From NCBI RefSeq assembly GCF_009914755.1, contig NC_060937.1: a stretch of 64,000 nt of DNA. One strand, 5' to 3'. Within the stretch, counting starts at the first letter, position 1; the number at the start of each line of letters is the position of its first letter. The DNA comes from the human T2T-CHM13v2.0 reference genome, Homo sapiens. Both the position numbers and the translations under genes were made by a program. Below the pieces are notes generated by a model. That model saw only the letters and a program-made list of their open reading frames with translations. It had not been told where the DNA came from and made no database searches. Below, piece after piece: positions 40,446 through 57,771 of the stretch.

Positions 40446-40745
40446 GGCCGGATGTGGTGGCCCATGCCTGTAATCCCAGCACTTTGGGAGGCCAAGGTGG
40501 GCAGATCACTTGAGGCCAGGAGTTTAAGACCAGCTTGACCTACATGGCAAAACCTCATCTCTACTAAAAATACAAAAATTAGCCAGGCATGGTGGCACAC
40601 ACTTATAATCTCACCTAGTCGGAAGGCTGAGGCACAAGAATCACTTGAACCTCGGAGGCAGAGTTTGAGCTGAGACTGCACCACTGTATTCCAGCCTGTG
40701 TGACAGAGTGAAACTGTCTCAAAAAATAAATAAATAAAATAAACA
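40446..40745 (+). mobile_element. Alu
   Basis: ggccggatgtggtggccc dimer with (TAAA)n tail. Confidence 0.95.
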
Positions 40746-41170
40746 AGAAACAAAGACTTTTTTTTAAAGGGGATACTTTTTATGACACTATAGAATATAT
40801 CCAATATAAATCTTTTTCTTGGAAAACATAATTTGCCAAAACTGACTCCAGAAGCTATATAAAGCCTGAACAGATTAATTTCCACAGAAGAAGCAGACAA
40901 AGCAGTCTACTCCCCTAAAAAGCCCCATGTCCCACTGCTATGTAAACTGTTCCAGAGCACAAAAAAGGAATACAAAGCTCCTAATTCTTTTTATGAAGTG
41001 GTGGTAACTTTGGTAACAATAGAAAAATAAATATTAAAACCTGAAAAAATTGCACAAAAGAGCTCTACAGTTTTCATCTATGAATATTGAGGCAAAAATA
41101 TTTAGACATTAGAGACAAGACTACCAGCACATATAAGAATAATAGGTCATGACCAAGTGAAGTTTATTCT

Positions 41171-44100
41171 TTTTTAAAATTTTTATTTCAATAGCTTTTG
41201 GGGTGCAAGTGGTTTTCGGTTACTTGGATGAATTCCATAGCGGTGAATTCTCAGATTTTAGTGTACCCGTCACCTGAGTAGTGTACATTGTATCTAATAT
41301 GCAGTCTTTTATCCCTCACTCCCTTTTCCCTCCTTCTGCCTCAAGTCCCCAAAGTCCATTATATCACTGTACATCTTTGTGTCCTCACAGTTTAGCTCTC
41401 ACTTATAAATGAGAACATACGGTATTTGACTTTCCATTCCGGAATTACTTCACTTAGAATAATGGCCACCCAGTTGCTATAAAATACATTATTTTGTTCC
41501 TTACTAGTATTTTCATTCCTTTTAGTCCAGGGGATATATATACCATGTTTTCTTTATCTACTCATTGGTTAAGGCATTTAAGTTGGTTCTTTGCAATTGT
41601 GAAATGTGCTGCTACAAACGTGTGTGCATGTGTCTTTCTCATACAATAACTTCTTTTCCGGTGGGGAGATACCTAGCAGCGGGATTTCTGTATTGAATGG
41701 TAGATCTACTTTTAGTTCTTTAAAGAGTCTCCATACTGTTTTCCATAGAGGCTGCACTAATATACAGTCCCAACAGTAGGGTAAAAGTGTTCCCTTTTCA
41801 CCACATCCATGCCAACATCTACTCATTTCTGACTTTTTCTTCATGGCCATTCTTGCAGGAGTAAGGTGGTATCTCATTGTGGTTTTAACTTGTATTTCCC
41901 TGCTGAATAGTAATGTTGGGCATTTTTTCATGTTTGTTGGCCATTTGTGCGTCTTCTTTTGACAAATTTCTATTCATGTCCTTTGCCCACGTTTGATGGG
42001 ATTATTTTTTTCTTGCTAATTTGAGTTTTTTGTAGATTCTGGATACTAGTCCTTTGTTAGATGCATAGTTCACAAATATTTTCTCCCATTCTGTGGGTTG
42101 TAGGTTTAGTCTGATGATTATTTCTTTTGCCATGCAGAAGCTTTTTAATTAGGTCCCATTTACTTATTTTTGTTCCATTTGCTTTTGGAGTCTTGGTCAT
42201 GAATTCTTTGCCTACGCCAATGTCCAGAAGAGTTTTTCCAGTGTTATTGTCTAAAATGTTTATGGTTACAGATTTAAGTCTTTGAGCCATCTTGAGTTAA
42301 TTTTTGTATAAGGTGAGAAATGGGGATGTGGTTTCATTCTTCTATATGTGGCTTGCAAGTTTTCCCAGCATCATTTATTGAATAGGGTGACCTTTCCCCA
42401 GTTTATGTTTTTTAATGCTTTGTCAAACAACAGTTGGCTGTAAGTATTTGGCTTCATTTCTGTGTTCTCCCTGCTGTTCCATTGGTCTACATGCCTATTT
42501 TTATACAAGCATCACACTGTTTTGCTAACTATAGCCTTGTAGTAGAATTTGAAATCTAGTGATGTGATGCTTCCAGATTTGTTCTTTTTGTTTAGGATTG
42601 CTTTAGCTATTCAGGCTCTTTTTTTGGTTCCATATGAATTTTAGGATTGTTTTTCCTAGTTCTGTGAAAAATGATAGGGTATTTGGATGGGAATTGCATT
42701 GAATCTGTAGGTTGCATTGGGCAGTATGGTCATTTTCACAATATTGATTATTTCCACAGCATGTGTTTTCATTTGTGTCATCTATGATGATTTCTTTCAG
42801 CAGTTTTCCTTGTAGGGATCTTTTACCTCCTTGGTTAGGTATATGCCCAGGTATTTTCTTTTCTTTGCAGCTGTTATAAAAGGGATTGACTTCTTGATTT
42901 GTGTCTTAGCTTGGTCATCCTTCGTGTATAGCAGTGCTACTGATTTGTGTGCAGTGACTTTGTAGCCTGAGACTTTATTGAATTAGTTTATCAGAACTAG
43001 GATTTTTTTGGATAAGTCTTTAGGGTTTTCTAGGTAGATGGTCATATCACTGGTGAACAGCACTAGTTTGACTTCCTCTTTTCCACTTTGTTATGTCCTT
43101 TATTTCTTTTGCTTGCCTAATTGCTCTGGCTAGGACTTCCAGTACTATGCTAATAGTTCGTACATGTAAAGGTGTTCATAGTGGTCTCGAATGATCTTTT
43201 GTATTTCTGCAGTATTGTTTGTGATGTCTCCGGTTTCATTTCGAATTGAGCTTATTTGGATTTTCTCTCTTTTTGGTTAGTCTCACTAATGATCTATCAA
43301 TTTTGTTTATCTTTTCAAAGAACCAGCTTCTTGTTTCATTGTTCTTTTTTGTTTGTTTCAATTTCATTTAGTTCTGCTCTGATCTTTGTGATTTCTTTTC
43401 TTTCAATGGCTTTGGGTTTAGTTTGTTCCTGTTTCTCTAGTTCCTTGAGGTTGTCTATTTGTGCTCTTTCAGACTTTCTGATGTAGGCATTTGATGCTAT
43501 GACTTTTCCTCTTAGCACTGCTTTTGTTGTATTCCAGAGGTTTTGATAACTTGTGTCACTATTACCATTCATTTCAAAGAATCTTTGAATTTCCATCTTG
43601 ATTTCATTATTAATCCCCAAATCATTCAGGAGCAGATTATTTAATTTCCATGTATTTGTATAGTGTTTACAGTTCCTTTGGGAGCTGATTTCTAATTTTA
43701 TTCCACTGTTGTCTGAGAAGATACTTGATATGATCTCGACTTTCTTAAATTTATTGAGACTTGTTTTGTGGCCTATGTTGGAGAATGTTCCATGTGCTAA
43801 GAAGAATGTATATTCTGCAGTTGTTGGGCAGAATGTTCTGTAAACTTCTGCTAAGTCCATTTGTTTTAGGGTATAGCTTAAGTCCACTGTTTGTTGGCTT
43901 TCTGTCTCAATCTATTTAGTGCTGTCAGTGGAGTACTTAAGTCCACCACTATTATTGTGTTGCTATTTTATTTGTTGGGTCTAGTAGTAACTGTTTTATA
44001 AATATGAGAGCTCCAGTGTTAGGTGCATATAAATTTAGTATTATAGTATCTTCTTGTTGGATTGATCCTTTTATCATTATATAATGACCTTGTCTTTTTT

Positions 44101-46538
44101 CACTGCTGATGCCTTAAAGTCTGTTTTGTCTGATATAAGAATAGCTACGCCTGCTTGCTTTGGTTTTCATTTGTGTAGCTTATCTTTTCCATCCCTTTAC
44201 CTTGAATTTATGTGAATTCTTATATGTTAGTTAAGTCTCCTGAAGAAAGCAGATATTTGGATTGTGATTTTTAAATTCATTCTGCCATTCTATATCTTTT
44301 AATTGGAGCATTTAGGCCATTTACATTCAATGTTAATAGAGATATGGGGTAATGTTCTATTCATCAATATTAGTTGTTACCTAGATAAACTGTTGTTGTT
44401 GTGTTAGTTTTACAGGCTCTGTGAGTTTTTTATTTTTTATTTTTTGCTTTTAAGAAGTTCTATTTTAGTGCATGTTGAACTTTTGTTTCAGGATTTAGAA
44501 CTTCTTTTAGCATTTCCTATAGTGCTGGTTTGGTAGTAGCAAATTCCCTGAGCATGTGTTTCTCTGAAAATGACTTCATTTCTCTTTCGTTTATGAAAGG
44601 TTTTAGTTTTACTGGATTTATTCATTTTGCTGGATACAAAATTCTTGACTAACAGTTATTCTGTTTAAGGAGGCTAAAGATAGGACCCCATTTCCCTTCT
44701 AGCTTATAAGGTTTCTGCTGAGAAGTCTGCTGTTAGTCGGATAGGTTTTCTCTTACAGATTATTTGATGCTTTTGTCTCACAGCTCTTAGAATTCTTTCC
44801 TTCTAGTTGATTTTAGATACCTGACAACTGTGTGCTTCGGTGATGATCTTTTCATAATGAAATTTCCGAGGAGTTCTTTGAGCTTCTTGTATTTGGATAT
44901 CTAAATCTCTAGCAAGGCCAGGGATGTTTTCCTCAATTATTCCCTCAAATAAGTTTTGCAAACTTCTAGCCTTCTCTTCTTCCTCAGGAACACCAATTAT
45001 TCTTAGGTTTGGATGTTTTACATAATCCCATATTTCTTAAAGACTTTCTTCATTTCTTTTGATTCCTTTTTATCTTTGTCTTATTGGATTAATCAAACGC
45101 CTATCTTTGAGCTCTAAAATTCTTTTGTCTACATGTTGTAGTCTATTGTTGAACCTTTCCATGGCATTTTATAGTTCCCTAAGCATGTCTTTCATTTCCA
45201 GAGTTCTGATTGATTTTTCTTTATATCTCTCTAGAAAATTTTTCATTCATATCCTGAATTTTAAAAAAATTATGTTGGTTTTCACCTTTCTGTGGTATCT
45301 CCTTGAGTAGTGTAATAATCTTCTAAATTCTTTATCTGGTATTTCAAAGATTACATCTTGGTTTGGATCCACTGCTGGAGAGACCGTGTGATCTTTTTTG
45401 GGGGTGTTAAAGAACACTGTTTTGTCATATTACCAGAATTACTTTTCTGGTTCCTTCTCATTTGGGTATACTATTTCTTCTAATTGTTCTTTATTTTTTA
45501 TTTGACAGCATTTTTAATTTCTTCTTTCCCCCTTAAGAATGTGAGTTTAATGTTTATTATAGCTTAATTTGGTTATTTGTGCTTTTGGGAGTGAAGACTC
45601 TATGAATTCCTTGGTTGTGGAGAGTCTTTCTATGATGGCTTCCTCAGATGTGGTTGTAATAGTCATGTACTCAGTGTGTTGGCAAGTTTGCTATCTCCTA
45701 TGGAATTGTAATGGCAGAGGTCTCTTGAAGCTTACCTCATTCCCCTGTGGTGTGCACTTTTTAATTTAATTTCTCCCCAGTATTTTATTTACTGAGTTGA
45801 TGGTTCAGGCTTCAGGATAGGAGTGGTATCCCTGGGTAGGAACCTGTTGTAGCTAAAGCAGGTGGTAAATGTAATATCCAATGGTGGACAGAGGTACCAG
45901 CCTTGATGAAGGTGGCTGAGGGAGCTCTCAATTAGATGCACTGATGTCTTAACAAGGGGAAGAGTGAGAGCCACCTCAGCTTCCTTGCCAGGCCAAGCAA
46001 GAAAGCTATCCAACTCCCAGACTCACTCTTATCCCAGTGGTCCAGCTATTCAGGTATTTTTATCTGTAGGCATGTTGATGTTCTAAGGAGAGAGGAATTG
46101 TGACTGCCTCTTGTGCAAGCCTGAACCTGGAGGATACCTCTCCTGCGGCAATGCAGTCACCCTGAAGTGTTCCAGGAAGGCTGTCTATAGGTTCAGCCAC
46201 ACTGAGCTCCTGTGGGAGAAGCCCCAGCTGTGTCTGCAGTGGTGGACAAGGTGGGAAAGGTCTTCTCCAAGACCCTCCAAGAGCACCAAGTCTGCCTGAA
46301 TGTTGGGGTACAGCTCCAGACTTTTTCCTGCTGAGCCTAGCACTGCAATTATGTCTCTGCTGAAAGAAACTCCCACCAGCAGAAAGATCTGGGACTCAAG
46401 GCCTGTTGTCTGAATTCTTTTGTCCCACAGGTTGCTCCCTTGATGTGGTGCTCTTCCCCTTCTCCTAGGAGTAGGAGTCTCTGAGAACCAGACTACAGTG
46501 ATTGCTACTGCTCTTCTGTGTCCAGCCAACCTGTGGGG
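41171..46538 (-). mobile_element. Near-full-length L1PB-like element with an internal deletion, nested in an older + strand L1
   Basis: 18-bp TSD ccaagtg(a/g)agtttattct (41153-41170, 46539-46556); endonuclease-region peptide in ORF 43336..43887; discontinuity near 43155. Confidence 0.93.
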
Positions 46539-47779
46539 CCAAGTGGAGTTTATTCTAGGAATACAAGGATGCTTCAATATTAGAAAAAATGATTCGATAT
46601 TAGGAAATATATTAATATAGTTATAGATTATAATTTATAATAAACTACAAATAATGTTGTAGTTTATAATCTATAAGTTGAAAAATTATGTGTCACCTCT
46701 ATTTCTGTTGAATAAGTTGATAAAATGCAACCAATTCAACCCATCTTTGATAAAAATATTAAAATAGGAATCAATGGTTATTTCCTCAAGATGATAAAAA
46801 TATTCTTCTTCAGTCCAACACTATTATCTTAACGGGGAAACATAGAAGTTGGTCAACCACAGTAAGGAAAAAGGCCTACTACCACCACTTTATTATTTAA
46901 CACCGTATTAGATGTATAAGTCAAAGCAAGTAAAATAAACAAACAAACAAACAAAAACAGTGTGATGTACAATGATCAGAAAGGAAAAGGGAAAACCATC
47001 TTTATTTGGAGATAAGATGTGGGTATTCCTGGAAAAACCCAAGAGAATAAGCTGAAACATTACTACAACCAATATAAAAATTCAGTATGATCATGGGAAA
47101 TAAAGATCCATGTATAGAAAGTAGTCTTTATGTACAAGCAACCACCAGTAAGAAGATATTCTTCAAGAGAAAAATTCCATTTATAACAGTAGCAAAGAAA
47201 AGCTTAAACTATATATATATATAAGCTATATGATTAAAATGTTATGATTCTTGAGGAAAACTGGACTTGAATATATAGAAAGACAATGTATTCTGAGACA
47301 GTAGTTTCCATGAAGATGTCAATTCTCTCAAGCCAACTAATTAATGTAATCCTTTCTCTGACCATCCCACACAGCCCCCCAAGAAAAACACAGAAAATTT
47401 TCTGAAACTAAGTTGATTCTAAGGCTTGTATGGAAAAAAAACAAGAATACACAGAAAAACAACAAAAAAGAAGAGTAATAAGGAAAGGCTAGCCTTACTT
47501 GATATTAAAACATAATATAAGTCCTTAATAATTAAAGTGGTATGTACTTGGCACATGTATAGACAGAGACCAATGGAACGGAATAAAAAGGGCCAAACAA
47601 GACATCCTAATATTGGAATTTAATATATGATAAAGATGGCAATACAAATGTGTGGAACAGAAATTAATTTCTTCCAGTGTCAGGCAACAATCCTCTAGAA
47701 AAAAACAGGCAAATGACAAGAACAGCGGAAGAAATACTAATGGCCTTTAAATATATGACAAGATTCTTAACTCCACCCA

Positions 47780-48199
47780 TGTTATGGGTTTAATTCATAT
47801 TTCAAAAATACATGAATTTTGGTCCCCACAAAATTTACAAGAATTCTAACTTCTGGTATCTCCAAATGTATCCTTATTTGGAGGCAGGATCTTTACAGAG
47901 GAAATCAAGTTAAAATAAGGTCATAAGCGTAGACCCTAATCCAATATGACAGGTGTCCTAACTGAACAAGGACAGAGAATGTGAAGACAATGTGAAGACA
48001 CATAAGGAAAAGAAAGCCATTTACAAACCAAGGAGAGACGTCTGTGTTAAATTCTTTCCTCGCAGCCCTCAGAAGGTATCAACCCTGTGGACACCTTCAT
48101 CTTGGACTTTCAGCTTCCAGAACTGTGAGACAATAAATGTCCAGTTTAAGCCAGCCAGTTTGTGGAACTGTGTTATAGCAGCCCTAGCAAACTAATATA
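47780..48199 (+). mobile_element. MLT1-type MaLR LTR (MLT1B-like)
   Basis: tgttatggg...ccctaatccaatatgac...ccagaactgtgagacaataaat...gcaaactaata. Confidence 0.88.
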
Positions 48200-48239
48200 A
48201 TGAAAAAGAGAAATGTAAATTATAAAAGATATACTATAT

Positions 48240-51860
<3,621 letters not shown>

Positions 51861-53496
51861 ATCTCTTTTGTAAAACTTCTCTCCCTTACTTATATACATA
51901 TCTATACACAAACACATACATACAGACCTATGATTTTTCTTTAATGGAAACGAGATCAATTATAAATATTGCTCTATAACCTATTTTTTAACTTAAAATA
52001 TGCTGCCAGCACAAATACATTTACCTTGTTTGTCTTGAAAGGCTACACTGTATTTCATTGTTTGTATCAATGTTTATGTAACCAATTGTCTATTGATGGA
52101 CAGATTATTTCTATTTCATTGTTAAAAATAATGCTATAATAAACACCAATATAGACATCATTTTTCTTTTTTTAAGTTTGTTGAAGTGAATTGCTGGGTG
52201 AAAGGGTATACAAATTTTAAGTTTTTATACATATAAAATTTCCTTAACTTATACAGCTACTATACGTTTACTTGTATAAAAATGCTAACTTTCCAACATT
52301 CTCACCAATGCTCATTATTATTAACTGTTACCTCTTTCCCAATTTGATAAAAGAAATACTTATATATAAGAAAAAGATGTTTTTTGTTGAGGTAATTTTC
52401 CTTTCTTCCTTCTTCCTGCTTTCTTTCCTTCTCTCCCTCCTCCCTTTGTCATCCTACTTCTCTCCCTTTAAAAAAAGTCATATCATACCACTTACAGAAT
52501 ATTTTCTTATGAATTGAAATAGTATCTTTATCTATACTAAATTATTATACATACATGGGTGTGTATAATGAACTTTTTGAACACACCAAGAAAACTTTTT
52601 TTTTTTAAAGGAAAACTTTTTTTTTTTTTTAAAGTCAAGATGAAACAATTTCACGTTTATATGAGACAGTTTATACATAATCATTTCGGCTTCCCTAAAC
52701 AGTAAAGCTGAGGAAAATGAGAACTGTATTCTGAACCACTGGGAAGAATTATTGAGAGTATTAGCCAATATAATCTAGTGAAAGTCTCTAACACACTGAC
52801 CCGAACACAATAGGAGTTCAGGGGGTTTTTTAAGAAAGAGTGAAGAATAGGGAGACACAGGCAGCACTGACAGGGAAAGAGAATTACAGGACAATCAAGA
52901 AGTTTGTATCAGCTTTAAAAAATAAATTCAGCACATTTGTTGAACACTTATGTAGGGCAATGAAATGCCAAGGTAGCCACAGTTTTTTTCATAAAAGGAA
53001 TTGAAGCAAATCTAATCCAAGTCATTCTCCAGCCCATGATTAAACATACTAGAACCACAAACATGTAGGGAAACCTCTGTTATATATGAGATTAATTTTG
53101 GAGATAGGAAATGATATTTTTAGTTAGCTATGTAAAGCTTTTATTAATTTTTAGGACTTGCTCAAATTTTCACATTTAGGAAATTCAGTGCAATCTTAAA
53201 GACAAACACTCCTTTTACTTTTATTTTTCACCTCTATGTTGTGTCAGGAGACTAATGTTACACTATCTATCCATATAGAGTTATGAGCTGAAGCTGTATC
53301 CATGGGGAAACAGATTATCTATGTTTTAAACTTGTAAGCTTAGTCTACACAAAAATACACCTTTAAATTATGCCACAGACTTTCTTAAAGAAATTCTTAA
53401 TCATTTTATAAATTCACTAAGAAATGAGTCTGTAGTCTATTCTAATCTCATTAATGCAACGCATGTTTCAGACATCACAACACGTTGATGACTTAC

Positions 53497-53623
53497 TTGT
53501 ATCTTGCTTCTTGTTTTCAAGATGATCTAATAGTTGTCTTATCTCAGCATCATACTCCACCCATTCTGGGACAATTCTGGCAGCAGCTTTTAGTTTGGAT
53601 TCTTTTGTTTTGGGATTATTGCA
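53497..53623 (-). CDS. UGGT2: UGGT2 penultimate exon (end of GT24 domain)
   Basis: ag/gtaagt-bounded 127-nt exon encoding CNNPKTKESKLKAAARIVPEWVEYDAEIRQLLDHLENKKQDT. Confidence 0.98.
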
Positions 53624-54239
53624 CTAAAAGTTTAAGTAAATTTTGTTAATGAAAGACCATGCTCCTGGAAACATAAGGACAATGCTGTGTCACTAGGGCA
53701 AACAAAATACATTTTATAAAAAGCAGAGTCCTGCTAAGTACTGGAAGTTTAATACACACAGGATCAGGTGAAATGATATATCACAACTTATGTATGTAAT
53801 AATTGCTTAATACAAATACCTCAATCAGAAATTTAAATAAAAATTGTTGAAAGACATTCTGATGACTCATAAGTCTGTCAAAAAAAAATTATGTAAAACT
53901 TTTTGACAAAAGATCTAATTACATTACCACTATGTAGAAGAACATAGCAGACTAGTGTGCTTTGTAGGCACAGTAGAAAAACATGGAAATGGCATCTCGG
54001 TTCTCAGGGTTCCAACTCCATATTTACTAGTAGTAGGATGTGTATGTATCACATAATTATGTGTGTGTGTAGGGTGTGTAGCTTAATTTATTCAACTGCA
54101 AAAGAAATTAAAATAGGAAAATCTCTAAGGTTCCATCAATACACAATCAGTTTAAACTATTGAGTACTACTATAGAGTTTCTTGGGAAATTAAAGTTAAA
54201 AGCAAAAATTATAGAAGGTTGATAAGAGTCTGACACACT

Positions 54240-54400
54240 ATGTATCTGAAGGTACAGCTGAAAGGATCTGCTGATATATTGGACGTGAGCTGTAAGTAAA
54301 GAGAGGCATCAAAGAAAGACAAAGCCACCAGTACCTTTGGCTTGAGCAATATAAAAAATGGATTTGCCATTTACTGAGACAGAAGACAATGGGAGCAGTA
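54240..54400 (-). mobile_element. L2 fragment
   Basis: aggatctgctgatatattgga...gagaggcatcaaag...ttgccatttactgaga pattern. Confidence 0.6.
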
Positions 54401-54840
54401 TAAACTTCATCAAGTAATAAAGGAAGCCCATTCACTATTTACAAAGAATTAAGGCAGGAAGCAACTTGAAGCTCACTTCTGGTGACATTTTCTCCACTTG
54501 CTTTCCTCTTATTTCTTAGGGGAAAGCTATTAGTCATGAGCCGTGAGCCTGTTGTCTTAACCCTTTCCTCACCAAATATTTTCAGTTGATTCATTATGGA
54601 TTTCTTTTCCATAGTGACATATTCCTGAGGTAAGTGGACAACACAATTTTCCTTGCAGAAATTAACTTTATAGGCAATGTCTTCTATATAGTGAAGATAA
54701 TGGGACTAATTCTTTTTTTAATTCTGTCATACTATTAAAAAAATAAAAATATTATGTTTTGTTTAGCTATTTGTACTACATTGGGTTTGTGTGTGTGTGT
54801 GTGTATGTGTGTGCTCATGCATACACTCTATAAGCTTTAT

Positions 54841-55052
54841 TAGTGTTTCTTAACTGGGTAATCATGCCCCTCGGGGAGCTTTGGCAAAGTCTGGAGAAAA
54901 TGTGTGATGGCCGGGGAGTGGTGGGGTGCTACTGCCATCTAGTGGACAGAGGCCAGAAATGCTGCTGAATACCCAACAATGCACAGGAAAACCCCTGTAA
55001 CAAAGAATTCTCCACTCCTCAATGCCAATAGTACTGAGGCTGAAAAACTCTG
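54841..55052. mobile_element. MER20 hAT-Charlie element
   Basis: gtgctactgccatctagtggacagaggccagaaatgctgct...aatagtactgaggctgaaaaactctg. Confidence 0.9.
54930..54948 (-). promoter_or_regulatory. Candidate CTCF site in MER20
   Basis: Minus strand TGTCCACTAGATGGCAGTA fits the CTCF core CCASYAGRKGGCRS; binding not shown. Confidence 0.6.
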
Positions 55053-55442
55053 AGATGGAAAGTTGAGAGAGTATAATGACATTCATAAACATTTTCATTC
55101 CCACCTTCAATATTATTAGTCATGCTCTTTTCTTCTGTTAGGCCATTTCCTTGGGAATTTTCTGCATTCTCTTTTCTCCTCCATGAAGAATAGCATGTTC
55201 TCTCATTCTACTCTTAGTGTTTCTATGAGGGAGACGGGCTGAACACCAAAATTTGTGCCACTTCTCCTTTTCCTGGGTATTGGTATTGCTATTGCTAGGA
55301 AGTAGCTGTCCATCCAGGAATGCCATTTCTCAGCTCCTGTTACATCTAGATATGGCCACGTGACCAACTCCCACCAAGGGGCCATGCCTTTAGGATTCAA
55401 GATATATGTTCTCCACACTTTTTTTCCCCTTCCCTCCAGATT

Positions 55443-55785
55443 GGTACTATCCAATACAAATGCAATGAAAACCATACACATAATTTGTGGGTTTTTTCAC
55501 TAGAAAAATACTAAATTTTTCTAGTAGCCATGTATAAAAATGTAAGAGGAATAGGTGAAATAAATTTTAATACTATATTTTATTCAACCCAATATATCCA
55601 AAATACTAAGTCAACATGTAATCAATACAAAAATTAGTAATGAGATATATGTTATTTTCATTGTATTGAGTATTCAAAATCTGGTGTGTACTTTATACCT
55701 TACAGCACATCTCAATTCAGAATAGCAACATGTTAAGGGCTCAACAGCCACATAAGGCAAGTGGCTACTGCACTGGAAGAAGCAG
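55443..55785. mobile_element. MER33-like hAT-Charlie element
   Basis: ttattcaacccaatatatccaaaata...acagcacatctcaattcaga...gtggctac. Confidence 0.8.
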
Positions 55786-56599
55786 TTACAGGTGGACAAA
55801 AAGTACTCCCTGAGACATGGCACACAGGAGGGCTACTCAATGACGGAGATATCCACTTAGGTCTGCTGCTGGAATGAGTATGAAGCCACTGAATTTTGGG
55901 GGTTTGTTATGGTAGCTCATGTTAGTCTAAGTACTAAAGATCCCAAAATGACCTACACCACTACTGTATGAGCCACAACAGAACCCTAACAACATATTAG
56001 TAGTTGTGTTCAATAATGTTCTTGGCCTCTCTTTATGAAATTCCCTTGCTTACCTCTTAAAAATGCCTTTTTATTTGTTTCTGCTATATTCTACCAACTA
56101 TGATTACATTCTAACATGCTGGCATGCTATTTTTAAAATATGTATTTCTATACATGTCTGAAAAAGTTCCTATATTTTGTTTTCCTGCTCTTTTTTGTTC
56201 AAAATTGTGTGAATTCTAACATTTTAATAGCTTATTCGTCAGTGAAGATCTTGTAAACAATTTTCTACACTTAGCACATTAAAAACAATATACTAGGAAA
56301 AAAACTTATTATACCTACTAAAGACAAGGTAGTAGTGGAATATAAAATCTAAATGGACAACAAATAAATTACTTTGAAATATTTTATGTTTAGGAGAGTT
56401 AAACTGCACAGCATAAACTGCTTTAAATGAAAATCTAGGAAAAATAATCTCTTAAAAATAAGTAAGAAAAAAGCATGTATGATATATTTTAAGTAGACAA
56501 AATTGTCTTGTTTGCCTTTATTTGGGGGAAAATATTGGCAGGATAACTAAACTGAAGACATGTCAAGATGATAGCTAATCCACAAACATTTTCAGCTAG

Positions 56600-56917
<318 letters not shown>

Positions 56918-56945
56918 CTCTAAGCCTTTTTTTCAAAAGTCCTTT

Positions 56946-57495
56946 TGCAGAAAAGAGTTAATACAGAAAGCCTGAAATTGCTATTCTTAGAAAGACCTGC
57001 TTGTAAGTTTGGCTCCTCGCTGGCATCTGGGAACACAGGGTTCAGGATGGTTCTCACCATTCCTTTATAAGAGTAACTCACTGTGTCTAAATTATCTGTG
57101 CAAAGGTGTTTATGCTAAACACTTGCTTTCCTCCTGAGTGCTGGAAATTTAGGTGTGTCTCAGGCAGACAGTGCTATATGGTCACCAGCCCCCAGTAAAA
57201 CCCCTGGACACTGGGGTTTCTAATAAATGTCCTTAGTAGGTAATACTTCACACTGGTTGTGGAATCTCTTATTGCTTGAGGAATGAAGCTTGTCCCGTGT
57301 GATATCACAGAGAAAGGACTCTTGGAATCTTGCACCTGATTTTCTCTTTGCCCCATGTGCCTTTTCCCTTTGCTGACTTTGCTTTATATCCTTTCACTGT
57401 GATAAATCATAGCCATGAATATGATTATATTTTGCATCTCATGAATCTCCTTAGTGAATCATCAAACCTCAGGGTGGTCTTGGGGGCCCCCAAAA
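56946..57495 (+). mobile_element. MER21-family LTR
   Basis: tgcagaaaagagttaa...ccagcccccagtaaaaccc...ggtggtcttggg. Confidence 0.75.
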
Positions 57496-57654
57496 TAACC
57501 CTATACTTGCCAACCTAAGTAAATGTGTAATAGACTGAACAGCAGAAGAAGCGAAGTAATACGTATGCCACTCCCTTTGTAAAACAGAAAGAAAATATTT
57601 CTATTTAAACATTTCTGTATCTGCTTACATACAAATGAAAACAAAGACACTCAC

Positions 57655-57771
57655 CAGATCAATTGTTTTGGCTCTTTGTTTGGATTCATCATCACACCAG
57701 GTTTCACACCACAGCCAGTCTTGAGGAAGAGACTTAATGGCGACTTGGTAAATCATATTATTGGGGAGATC
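57655..57771 (-). CDS. UGGT2: UGGT2 third-last coding exon (GT24 catalytic domain)
   Basis: ag/gtgagt-bounded 117-nt exon encoding [39 protein letters not shown]; WLWCETWC is a UGGT signature. Confidence 0.99.

Noticed and set aside
40343-40900. 185-aa minus-strand ORF
   Set aside because: Antisense Alu translation with L1 flanks; the same applies to the ORFs at 5968, 23305 and 38544.
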